64,000 bases of DNA from Vicugna vicugna (lineage: Eukaryota). The stretch is taken from contig MU058153.1 of assembly GCA_013265495.1 (NCBI GenBank), positions 1,738,001 through 1,802,000 of the forward strand. The letters are read 5' to 3'. How positions within the stretch are numbered: the first letter of the stretch is position 1; each line of letters starts with the position of its first letter. Of the stretch, positions 39,187 to 51,400 are shown in pieces. The notes under the pieces are model-generated. The model was given only the letters and a program-made list of their open reading frames with translations. It did no database searches and was not told the origin of the DNA. Made by a program: the position numbers and the translations under genes.

Positions 39187-39449
39187 CATAAATTATTTTT
39201 ATACTTCATATATTTTATAGAGCTATCTTTCAACTACAGTTCACACATATAAATAGGTTTTGCATGTTTGATGGTTTTCATCCCATTGAAATACACGACA
39301 AGTTGACACTGGTGACAAGAGGGGTTACTTGGCGAAGAGAGAGAAGAGTGTTGGAGTCATCGGAATTTTCCAGAGAAAGTTTTCTTTTCTTTTTTAAAAA
39401 TGTATTATCGTAAATCTGTTCATGACATTGCTTTGGCTTTTAATATAGG

Positions 39450-40700
39450 TTCTATTTGTATTTGTATACTCCTTTTCATTTTCAAAATTATTTATCAGCA
39501 TCTTTTATTTCTCTTTCTTTTGTCAACAATCATCAATCTTATTCCTTGTCTTCTTTACTTCTCTTTTTCTACCGTCTCTTAGTTTGGATATTTTCTCTTC
39601 ATTTTTTCATCTCTTTTGTTATCATTCTGCTGATTTGGAAACTATAGGTTTTATCTCTATCCAGTAGAGAGAAAGAAAGAGAGAGAAATATACATACACA
39701 CATATTTTACATATATAATATATATTGACCACTATATATTATATATATTTAGCATTCATAATTAACCATATATTTTTGCTTCAAAAATCTAAAGTCATTA
39801 TTTCTTTTCTCCTCCAGACATTATCATATTTTAAATACAAACCAAATAATTTTTCATGTTTTTGCTTAAACTTTAGTTTTTTATTCAATATTTATATTGA
39901 AATATATATATTTTTGCACACAAAACTAGTTATTTCAGTTTATAATTAATTTCAATTACCAATATATTATGTCAATCTGTATTCACAGTTTTTATTGGTA
40001 TCTTTCCTTTTCCCCTCTGTGTTCACATTTGCTAAAAAAATTAGCTTTAATAGTTTATTTAGTCAGTGAAATGTGAACTAAGAGTCTTCGTATATCTGAA
40101 AATGCCTTAATTTTGTTTTCACTCTTGGATGATAATTTCACTTGGTATCAAATACTAGATTGTCAGAGATTTTTATTAGCATTTTGAAGATACAATCCAA
40201 TAGCTTCCGAAATATATCACTCCTTTAAAAACAGCCTAGTTACAAGTCAAAGTTTTATTTACCATTTATGTTCTAAACTTTATTTGTCTATGATACATTT
40301 GAGTGTTAATTAATAACTTTCCTGTTCAGTATCGAGTGTTCACTTCCAATTTGAAGATGCATAAATAATTCTTGGGTGCTAGATCTTCAAGATTTCTTTA
40401 CAGAAGTTTCTCCATTTTTTAATCTGTATGAGTAGAAGCATTGGTCTGTCTTCCATTGATGTCTAATTTTCTTCCATATTTTTATATGTTTTTTCTCCAC
40501 AGTGCATCCTGGGTGAATTGACTCTACATGCAATTTCACTATTTTTCTCATCAGTAGCCACTTTTTTAGTTTTTGTTCTATTTCACTTTTTTAATTCTCA
40601 TGATTGTACTTCTCTCCAAAATTTCTTTTTTTTTCCCCTTTCCTATACTTTCTTGAGTCATTTATGCTTGTTTTGATTTCATAATTGCTTACGCTTCCTC
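39450..40700 (-). mobile_element. Old L1ME/HAL1 ORF1-region fragment
   Basis: tctgaaaatgccttaattttgtttttcactcttggatgataatttcacttggtatcaaatactagattg...agcattttgaagata. Confidence 0.6.
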
Positions 40701-41539
40701 CCTCCCCCAAGTTGTGTGTAAGGGAACAACCACGCAGCAACAATGGATTTTAATCTACTTGTGCTTTAATGAAGAGATAAATCTGACTGGCTATGGAATA
40801 AAAATGAAGACCCTTTACAGAAGCATGTCATTATAATTTTTGAGTATGAGTTCTGTGCAGGGATAAAATAAAGCACCAAGAGAATTTTCTGACCTTTATC
40901 ATCAGTACTTGCCCAATCAGATTTATCTTCCTCCTTTGGATCCTCATCTCTCCAAGGCAAACTGTCTCTTCTCAAACTGTTACTGGACTTTCATGACACT
41001 GAGATATGGGTTTAGGAGGGATGCAGTGATAAAACTGTGAACTGGAAGGAGAATGGGAAGAAGGCACTGGCAGAGGGAGAAAAAAATTACCTGAAGAAGT
41101 TAAGATCATGCATAGATAGGAAGCTAGGGAAAAAAGACCAACAAGCTCAGGGGCTACTAGTGCAAAAGGGGATTTTAAGAGTTTGGTTCATGAGATGCTC
41201 AAAAGAAAATTGGGGGAAAAAAGGAATGAGGATTTTAAATGTTTGTTGAAGGTTATAAATCAAATCTTATTTAATCATTTAAAACACAAGTGAATAATGG
41301 ACTTACTATTCATTTATTTTTCACTGTGAGCCGAGTTGGAAATATATAAACTGAATTTTGAATGCACCTTACAGTCAGTGGACCACAGGAGCCCTGGGTA
41401 TTACTGCAGTTGTATTTTTAAGCATTCCTTATCACTTTGGCAGCCTACGGTATTATTGTTTAATCATTCCTTGCTCATCAGTATGCTGACTTCTGATGAT
41501 GCAACTCAAACTATGGAATATTAAAACTGGTGGTTTTTA

Positions 41540-41670
41540 TTTTCACTTTCATTTGAGATTATCTGAGCAGAATTATCTCGATAGCTAGCTCGATAATGTC
41601 CTGGCTAAACAGTTAAAGCATAAATTGTGGGGAAAAGTTAGTTTCAGTCAACTTCTCTGCTTATCATAGA
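41540..41670. repeat. Imperfect palindrome, Eulor1-like ancient conserved repeat
   Basis: attatc (41572-41577)...tagcta...gataat (41592-41597), symmetric about 41584/5; arms pair further out with mismatches. Confidence 0.6.
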
Positions 41671-41739
41671 ATCTTTCTTCATAGTGGATACATGGGCAAG
41701 GCAGAAATATCCCACTTATTCTATTGAAATGTGTGTTAA

Positions 41740-42370
41740 AATTGTGATGATAGTGAAAAATATTAAAGTGATGAAATAATGGAGTAAAATGACAGGGGAG
41801 CAGGGCTGTTGGGAAGATCTCCTGAGGTTTAGTGATCTGAGATGGTTCCTCTTAAGGGGCGACTTTCAAACTATGACCAGAGTGATGAGATGGAGTCAGC
41901 GTTGAGACAGCAAGGGGAAACATGTTCCAGGAAAAAGAACCATATATTCAAAGAAGACAAAGAGTTTGTTATATCTGAAGGACTCAAAGAGGCTAATGTA
42001 GTCGGAGTGTAGCAGCATTAAGGCAGAGAGGTATGTGATGAACATAGAGAAGGAAAAATTACATGATTCTTGTGCCTTCTAGGCTAAGAATAGGGCTTTT
42101 AAAAGCACATTAGGATTATTTTAAGTGAACGAGAAAGACATTGGAGGGATTTACATAGAAGGAAGTTACTGTGTAGAAGTTAGGGTTAGTTGTTAAAGTC
42201 TTTTACTGTGGTCAAGTGACTCGGGATTTGAGATTTTTGTTTGCAAATGTTGGCTTTAGGTGAAAAATTAAGGCATCCAAATGGGATAATACACATTTTC
42301 TTCATTTGTAGTTAGTGGCTATGTTGGATGGCATCTAATTTCTTGTGACAGGAGGGAATGGTGAAGTTGG
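41740..42370 (-). mobile_element. L2 fragment
   Basis: ggggaaacatgttccaggaaaaagaaccatatattcaaag...gaggctaatgtagtcggagtgtag. Confidence 0.65.
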
Positions 42371-43699
42371 TCCATAATTAACTCTTCTGGTAACTCTCTT
42401 TTGAAAGACCAGAGCAGTTATGAAAGAGCCACTTACTCTCTTTTGAGGAGTCATTTCTTGGGGCTACTCTTTCTTGGGCTGTCAATGCAAATGGTGTTCA
42501 TTAGTTATATTGACATTTTAATGAATACCTACCTAAAGCCACAAACATTTACACAGTTTAAGCTTCCTATAAATAGAGAAAAATAAATAGCTATTGGAGA
42601 TGAGTAAAGAGGATTCAAATTAAGACTACATGAGGTACAGGTAGATTATTCTTAAGATTTCTTTGAATATGGAGTTTCTGTGTTGTAGAGCATTTCCTCC
42701 ATCCGTTCTCTCTGCTCTATCCATTTACGGCACCAACATTTAGATATTACATCTTGGATTTAGCATCTCACATACGCTAATTGAGACTTTAAATTAGCAC
42801 AGGTGCTGGGGAAAGCAAGTGCCTGGTAGTTTTCCAGCCGTGAAAGCTGTAAACCCACACTGAGAAATATGCATATAGATTTTTATAAATTTTCAGGGAG
42901 CCATGAACTCTTTAAACTCTTTGAGGACTTTTCATGGGCCCTCCACATGCAAGCCCTGTAAGGTGAATAAGAACCAAAAACAGGTACCTTCCAAGTAGAG
43001 TCTGTGATTCTCAAGACTGGCTCCTGCCCTACATTTAATAGTTCTAATTTAATTAAAAGTATATTCTATTAATTTTTTCCTCATACCGTAACTGTGACAA
43101 TGTTGAAAGTGTTGCTACAAGGAAGTAAGTAGGAACACAAAGAGAAATTTCAAATATAGGATTTTCTGACAACCCAGGAGAGTTAGCATAACTCATTTTA
43201 AACATGGGTTAAATTGTTTTCTCTCCCACTATATGGGCTGAAAGAACCTTGTGTTTTACCTGGGCTAAAACTGATTGAAATACACAGACATAAATCTATC
43301 TCTTTTTTTTTTTTTTTTGACTTGGTAATAAGTTTCTCCACAGTTCTTTCAAACTGATGTTTTCAATATGCAAAATTCAGTAAGAATGCAGAAATCAAAA
43401 TGATAGTCACCATTTTTCCTCCCAAGGTAAATGACTGTATTTACAACTGTCCTTGTTTTTCATATTTATCACTGCGATCTTTTATGTGCGGGCGAGCCAT
43501 CATATTTTCAGGTTGATAACTAAATTTGAAAGATATAGTGTTGAAGGTATTTAGGTTTGCAGTGAAGTATAGTAAGGTAGCAATAGACTGCTGGCAGTCT
43601 CTGTAGTTTGCTCAGAAAAAAAGGAATTAAATATACAAAGTACTGCAGTTCATAGTCATACATGTGTTAACACATTATAAATCTTAGAACCACCCACTG

Positions 43700-43830
43700 G
43701 ACTCATAGTTATTGCCTGTTGACCTTGGGCATGAAACGTAAACTCTGAGTTTCAGTATCCTCATCTGAAAAATGAGGGCAATCACACCTCAGTGGGTTGT
43801 TCAAAAGATTACAATGAGATAACAAATCTC
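43700..43830 (+). mobile_element. MIR
   Basis: tgaccttgggcat...ctctgagtttcagtatcctcatctgaaaaatgagggcaat. Confidence 0.75.
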
Positions 43831-44689
43831 TGGCTGACCAACAGATGGGGAGGTCTGTGCCCACTATGTCTCCTCGTGATCATCATGCAGCCAGTAGCCA
43901 TGGAGAAATGAGGACTTTTCAACTGAAAGTTCAGTTCTTCTGCAGAGAGCAAGCTGAGATCATCTGAGAGCAGATAAATGAGGAACCACACGTGGACAGC
44001 CAACAAAGGCAGGTGATAGTGAAGTCAAAGCACACTCACTTTTCCCTGCTCTTAAGGACACCTGCCTAACAGGTCACCAGGATTTACAGATGCTTCCAGA
44101 GCAGTGCCCTCATGTTGACAACTCTCATGTGTCTTTAGGGAATGGAGTCGGTTTATAGCCATTAATGTAACAGTGGATCAGGTTATAGACAGAGCTCCAG
44201 GCAAAGTAGGCAACATTCAGTAAGATGTCTGCTGAAATCTGACAATGTTTCATTTAGAGCCAAGGTTTTGAAATATCTAGACATCAGTTATTTAATATAT
44301 CTTATCTGACTCATATTTTATTTATGCTTTAGAATCTATGGGGTTTAAGATAGTCAGCCTTGAGTGATTGAGGAGCAATGAGATCAGAGTATTTTGTTCC
44401 ATTCCACACATTTCAGGTGTATTCTTTTGTATCAGAATCCTATTATTCTTTTCACCACATTCTAAATGATTTCAAAATGTCTTTCCTGTGACTTGTCAGG
44501 ACTGGGTATTGAGGTTGAATGGATAGTGGAGATCTTACAAAATGGCATCTTTAACAAATAAATAGTAGTGAAATACATCATTTTGCACACTTACTAACTC
44601 CAACTAAAGAGCACACCCATTTTGACACTTTTGTTTCTCCTCTAGAGCATCTGCTCTTGTTCATATCAAGATATAAAATAAGAAATGCC

Positions 44690-44915
44690 AGTTGGACTTT
44701 AGATAAGAGGCTTTGAACTCAGCGTTTGATCCAGCTCAATCCTTAACCACCTTTGATTTGGGGCAAATAACTTGAACTCTACAAACCCCAGTCTACTTAA
44801 TTATAAGAAGAAACCCTTTCAGGGTTTTGATGTAGATTTGAGATAATGTATTTAAAGTGCTTACCACATAGCAGCTATCCAGTAAACAACAGCCACTCTT
44901 ATTATTGTTATTATT
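44690..44915 (+). mobile_element. MIR
   Basis: tttggggcaaataacttgaactct...gagataatgtatttaaagtgcttaccaca. Confidence 0.65.
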
Positions 44916-45204
44916 ACAGGTTTGACTATTGATAATGCCTAGAAATATCACTAAGGTATCCCTCAACTCTAAGATTGAGAATTTGAAACTGTTTTGTAAA
45001 ACATATCATTTAAATACTAGTTTGTTAATAGAGGTGATGGAATTTTCTGGGCTTTTTTTTTTTCTCATGAAAAAAGTACTTCCAGCTTAAAGCTGCACAA
45101 AAAAACCCAAAATGATATAAATATTTCAAAGAAGAAAACACCATGCAGAGAGAGGACAGAGACTTTATGCAGAGCTGTGATTTTTCTCTTGGGGAGCTTT
45201 AGTT

Positions 45205-45600
45205 CTTTGCAATAGTCTGTGTCTGTACTTCCTGTTGGTAGCATTCCTTTTTGCCTCATGAATGTTGAGTTTGGCCATGTGACTTACTTTCACCAATGGG
45301 AAGCAAGTAGACCTGCCTGAAACATTTCGAGTCATAGTGTATTTCCATTACTCTTTTGCGTCTACCTTGTGATGTGAGAATAAACATGTCTCATCTGGGG
45401 TTGCCCTTCAAGTTTAGGTCAAAGAAATGTAAAGACGTGTGGAACAAAGTTGCAACCTACCCACAGCATAGTAGAGAGTTCGAATTTATCAGAGTTACAA
45501 TTGATGAGCAGTCTATACGTAAAGTGAACAAGAAATCATCTTTTCTTTTTCTGAATCACTATGATTTGGGGGTCATTACTGCAGCAAAGCTAACAAAAGT
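45205..45600 (+). mobile_element. MaLR LTR (MLT1J-like)
   Basis: tgttgagtttggccatgtgacttactttcaccaatgg...gatttggggtcattactgcagcaaagctaac. Confidence 0.7.
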
Positions 45601-45659
45601 GTCTGCAGAGCAATTAAGTATACTGACCTCACTCATCACACATTTCCTATGAATGTGGT

Positions 45660-46430
45660 CCCTGTTTCCCTTCTAACCACCTTGCAGTCATCTACACCCA
45701 GCCTGAAGTAAGTTTGACAATGTATAACAGATTATGTTTTTCTTCTATGTAAAAATTCTCCAATGGCATCTCAGTATATGTAGATTAAAATGATAATACT
45801 ATGTTTTTAAGAAACCTGAACTTTGCCTAAAAGCCATTGCAAAATCACGTACTTTCTCCTTCTCCACATCCATTGCCTGCTTCTCTACCTTATTTCTGTT
45901 GCAATCCAGCTATATTGATTTCTTTTTAGTTCTTCAGATACAACAAACTGTTCTTTTATTTCAATATATGGTCTCTTTTTCTTGGAACATCTCTCTCCTC
46001 GTCTCAGTGCCGGCTCCTTTTTCTCATTGATGTCACAGTTTGAATGTCAACTTTTCAGAGAAGCCATTTCAAACCACAGCACCCCAACAGAAGATGTTTC
46101 CTCTTCAGCTCTGTCATTATTCTCTGTCATTGCATGGGTTTTGTTTCTTTCATCACTTCACAATTTTAATACTATTATCACAACACATGGTAATAGCCGA
46201 GGGGTAATGAATACTGACTATGATCCAAGCACTATTTTAAGTGAATAGCTTAGAATAACCCATGATGTAGGTACTGTATTAAAGAAGGGGAAACTGAGGA
46301 CTGGTGGATCTGTATTAATCTGTTCACTTCTCTAGATTCTAAGACACATAAGGGCAGGAGTTATGACTATCTTTTCACTTTATACTCAACATCTATTATA
46401 AAGCCTGCTACAGAATAACAACTCAAAAAG
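45660..46430 (+). mobile_element. L2 fragment with embedded MIR (~46170-46300)
   Basis: gaatgtcaacttttcagagaagccattt; gggcaggagttatgactatctt; MIR core ggggaaactgagg. Confidence 0.55.
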
Positions 46431-48389
46431 TATTTTTTTAAACATTTTTAACGAGTTATAGTCATTTTCAAAAAGCATTTTTGAGTTAAGTTTTGAATTG
46501 AATTCTAAATTAAGTATTGAATTTCTCAATTCTTATTCTCATAGAGATCTCTTTATACTCTGGAGCCTAACTAAGATCCTTGGCAAGCCTATTTCTCTTT
46601 TAAATCCACTGAAATGGAACTCCGGGCCACAACGGTCATTGCGAGATTTACTGAAGGCTGTCACGGGCAGCCCACTCAGCTTTGTAAAATTCTAGGGCAT
46701 CAGCTTAGGGGTGGAGCTGAGAAGTTTAAGCATGCCTGCTGTTATTGTCAGCCTGGAGGGTAGTTTGGGTCCAAATCAGAAATAGTTTGAAAGTGGAGGA
46801 AATCATAGTAAACAAAAGCAGTTCTCATAAATGGGTCATGATCTCAGTGAGGAATACAGCCATTCTAGGTCCAGGACAGCAGCACAGAGTAAAACAATAA
46901 TATTGTTAATTCTACCTCTCACATCTAGCACTGGATAATGGTTAATGCTGGGAGAAACTTTCAGATCTGTTCTTTCTGGACAAAGGAACCTCGGGTCCTG
47001 CTGACTTCCAAACTATACACAAAAACTTTATCTGGACAATTTGGAGGAAAAATGTGATTGTTCAATTGACACATCAATGATTTCAGCTATCATTCGGTTG
47101 CAATTTGCAGGCTATAAGTGGAAAGGCTAATCAAATAATGACTTTAATGAAATCATACCCATTAATGACCTGGGAGAAAGCTTGTAATGTCATACAGAGA
47201 GAGCTATTAGATATTCTAATCACTGTGTGATCGGATGTCTTTATAGATCAGTAACCACCTCCCACAGTGCTAAAGAGTATGGCTCGAGGGTGCATGGAAG
47301 GGAGAGTGATGTGAAGCCTGTGTTGTGGCAGGATCACTGAGTAGCATGGCTTTGTCATTGTTCTCTCATGACCTGGTGCCACATACAAAAAGGGAAACTG
47401 CTTTCCCTGTGGTGCAACTGTTTGGAACTGTTCCACAGTTGAGGAAAAAGAAGCAATGCCATTGTGGGTATTTGCTCTGGGGGGCAAAGAGATTTTGCTA
47501 CATAAGATCTGGAAGCTGGCGTCTATAAAACATATACTCCTGATTATAGAGTTTTATATGAAACCATTCTCTAATCATGACCCAGTCACTCAGAATGTGC
47601 AGTCCATAGGAAAGTCTTTCCTGTTGAGAAGAAACAGAGAGTTTTACTGTAATTTTAATTGATGTATGATGCAAAAAGCATTACTTTAATCTCTCCACTA
47701 CAGTTATGGAGTGCAACAAAGGACAAATACATTTCCACCTTCAGGTTAGAAAAGATTGTGAGAATCTGATCTCAATGCCCCCAATTAATATAATATCTGT
47801 GGAAACCAAATGAGCAAAATAAGAAGTGAGTTTGGCCTTAGAAAAATTATATAGAAAAATGCATCCATAACACATATAAGTAGATTTAAGTATTAAATAA
47901 AATCATGTATATGTGGATAATAGAGGGGAAAAAACCTAACTGATCTAGTAAGAGAATAACAAAATAAAAATAAAAATAAAAATAAATAATAATGAACAAC
48001 TTGTGAAACGATATGGTTCTGACATATTTTATTAAAATGTATCTCTAATCCCAAATGAATGGTTCAACTTCTGGTCATCATTAGGGTGTTAGGGGACTTT
48101 TGTTTTGCATAATATATTGATGAACAATGAAAAGGCATCTGATAAATATGTAGCAAATAGAAATCTACTGAAGTCAGAGAATGGACTGGGAAGGAAATGG
48201 TTAAAAACAGTTTTGTGATCCATAATTCTTCTACACATGGAAAGAAAGACTGTGTCATTAGTACATGTAATAATAACAGATATCCTGGAAAAAAACACAA
48301 TAATATTTTCCAGAAGAGTCCTTATCTATGGAATTATTTTATCAGGATGTACCTTCTCTGAATAGATCAGTTTCTGGTAAACACACCTG

Positions 48390-48845
48390 GAATCTGTAAG
48401 TCTTTGGAGAATCTCTCCATGTGGAAGTGTTTTACTCTGAAATGCATGTTTATGTCTTTTACTCATTCTTCCTATTGATTTATAGGGATTTTTCTGTTTA
48501 TTGTAGATATACTAACTCTTTATCAGTTACATGTGTTGTGAATATCTTTTCCTAACTTGTGGTTTATCTTCATTTTTGTCTACGTGCTTTTAAAGAAACA
48601 CAACTCCTTAATTAAAATGATTGCATTTAGCCTTCTTCCACATTTCAGTTATTACTCATTGTGCCTTAAAAAAAAAAGATCTCCCCTCTCCTGAGGTTAT
48701 AAGGACAACCTTTACAACATCTGAAATTGATGTTTTAGTCTGACATGAGATAGCTGCTAATTTAATATTTTGTTTAGCACCATGTATTGAATAGTTTATC
48801 TTTTTTCATTTTACAAGGTCAACTCTGCCATGTTTTGAGTCATGT
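48390..48845 (-). mobile_element. Old L1 ORF2 fragment
   Basis: gtagatatactaactctttatcagttacatgtgttgtgaatatcttttcc; tagcaccatgtattgaatag. Confidence 0.7.
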
Positions 48846-48928
48846 GTAGGCCAAGACCAGTGAAGGCTCAAACCCCTTCAAGTACAGTAAGGATTTCATT
48901 TTTTAAAAATCTGACTGAGAGAGGGAAA

Positions 48929-49407
48929 TATCATAAACAGAATAATGGCCCCCCAAGATTTCCATACCCAATTGCTGAACCTGGTGACTATGTTACCTGT
49001 GACAAAAGGAAATTTGCAGGTGTGACTAAAAGTAAAGATCTGGAGATGGGGAGAGTGTCCTGGGTGATACAGGTGAGCTTAGTATAATTACATGACTTAT
49101 TGTAAGTGGGTAAGGGAGTTAGTCAGGGAAGGGAGATTTGGCTAAGGAAACAGGTGTTGGATGATATATTTTGAGTATGAAAGAAGGAAACATAAACCAA
49201 GGAATGTAGGTGGCCTCAACAAACTGGAAAAGACCTCAAAATTGATTCTCCAGTGGATGCTCCAGAAGGAATGCAGATGAAATTTTGATTTTAGCATACA
49301 GAGAATACAGACTTCTGACATCCAGAATTCTAAGATAATACATTTGTGTAGCTTTGAGCCATTATGTTTGTGGTAATTTGTTACAGCAGCAATAGGAAGT
49401 GAATACA
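48929..49407 (+). mobile_element. MaLR solo LTR (MLT1D-like), near full length, nested in minus-strand L2 (48850-49720)
   Basis: cagaataatggcccccaagat...gtggtaatttgttacagcagcaataggaagtgaataca; flanks rejoin as the L2 motif gggaa|gtcattggagagttttgaacagagg. Confidence 0.85.
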
Positions 49408-49769
49408 GGGGTCATTGGAGAGTTTTGAACAGAGGAATTTGTGACTTAACTTACATTTTAACAAGAGCCTGCTGGCTGCTAAATTGAAATAGAGTGTTAG
49501 GGGCTTGGACTGAAGTAAAGACACCAGTTAGGGCTTATTGTGGTAATGGAGGGGATCTGCAGTGGTGGCTCATACTAGGGCAAAATGGTAGAGTGGCTAT
49601 GTTCTGAAATATTCTAAAGGTAAACCTCTCAGGATTATGGATAGATTAGAATTGATCTGTGAGGAAAATAAGATCAAAGTCAATTCTAAGAGTTTAGATT
49701 AAACAACTTCTAATGGTCTAATTTGATGTACTTCATTCAAACACAGAGATTCTCTCCACTGTCATCTTC

Positions 49770-49878
49770 ATTTCTTTCCTTTCTTCCTTCCTTCCTTCCT
49801 TCCTTCCTTCTATCCTTCCTTCCATCCTTCCTTCCTCTCTCATATCTATCTGTCTGTCTGTCTGTCTGTCATCTATCT
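49770..49878. repeat. Compound (TTCC)n-(TCTG)n microsatellite
   Basis: Read directly. Confidence 0.9.
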
Positions 49879-50989
49879 AAATACATTTTCGCTGTTTCCC
49901 GTAGCAACTAGTTCCACTTTCAGCAATCTGGACTTTTAAAACAGATTTTACTGACTACTTTGGATACAGACTTCTTTAGCCAAGTAGCTTCTTAAAATCT
50001 ATTTCTAGAAGAGCTTGTTTTCTAGTCTGAAATAGATCAATGCTGTGTGTAGATTAAGGGAGCCTCAGCGATAGGATTTGTAGGGCACTAGGATAATTGG
50101 GGACCCACCCAAATCCTTTCCCACTCACATATGGTGTTGAAATGTTACTGGCCAACATGATAATTCTCAGTGTTTATTACTGTTATGCTGTTTGTTTCAG
50201 CAAGCAGGACCTAACAGTAGCATCTCTCCAAGTGATTCTCACCCATTGTGAGAAAGATGAGGTGAGTGGATAATGAGAGGTTGGAGGGGGAGCACTCCTT
50301 TTATAGAAAGATATAAGCTATTAATAATCAAGCAGATCTTTCTTGTAAATAAAAGAACTGAACTCAGATTTTTTTTTTAACTTAGTGAACATGAGTTCCT
50401 TTGAGGAAGGAAAAAGGTATCTGAAGGGAACGGACACAATTAGGCTGCTGAGAGTTTAGAAAGTCATCTTGTCCAAAGCTCTGCCCACTGCATGCTAGAA
50501 AAAAGCCGCACAAAGAGAAAACATGCAAATAGAAAACTAAGTGAATAATAACATATTGAAAAACAATGTGGCTCGTGTGTTTTTTACATTTTACAGGCAT
50601 GAAGCAAGAATATTATCTTTGGTCTTCTTCCTTCCATCTAACGTGTCCTCCATCCCAGGATAGAAAAAAAATCTGACACTGTCATTAACTAACGATCTGT
50701 AAGCCATCTTTTTGGCCTCCCTGGCCCACTTGAAAGTATATGTTAGGTTAAAGACTCTTAAAACAGAATATTGGATCTGTGCTGCAGAACAGATTTTCTG
50801 GTTCTGTTCAATATGCCAAATTCTTCACGGATAGGTCATTGGTGGAACAAATGAGCCTGAGATAAAAATCTAGAGTGAGAATAATTGATCAAAGAAAGTA
50901 ATGTAGATACAGTTCAAGTGCAAAAAATATTATTTTCTGTCTAATATAAAATTTACTTGCCTACCTTGTTGCAGTGCCCCCCAAATCTT

Positions 50990-51400
50990 TTAATTACTTA
51001 TTAGCCTCATTTCTGAAACAACCCTCAAGTTTTAACATCTTAACACAATGAATGTTTGTTTTTAATCACATCATGGCCCAAATCAGTGGGGCTATGTTCT
51101 ACTGGGTCATTAAGAAACTCAGGTTCCTTCTATTAAATCACGTAGGGACCCAGACTCCATCCACTGACTCATTCAGGGAACCAGGGTCCTTCCATCATGT
51201 AGGTCTGCCATTTTCTGGCTCTGGGTCCTTTGCCTTCAGCTGACTGATGAGCATAGATAGAAAGCAGGAGAATCATGCTGGATGTTTTATAGGTCAGCCT
51301 GGAAGTTCTGTTGCTAGCACTTAGTCTAATGTCTTCACTGAATTATAGAGGGGTTTTATTACAGGAAGAACAGAAAAAACTGATATTGGTGGGTATAAGC
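50990..51400 (-). mobile_element. Old MaLR LTR (MLT1K/L-like)
   Basis: ctcattcagggaaccagggtccttccatcatgtagg...ttttataggtcagcctggaagt. Confidence 0.55.
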
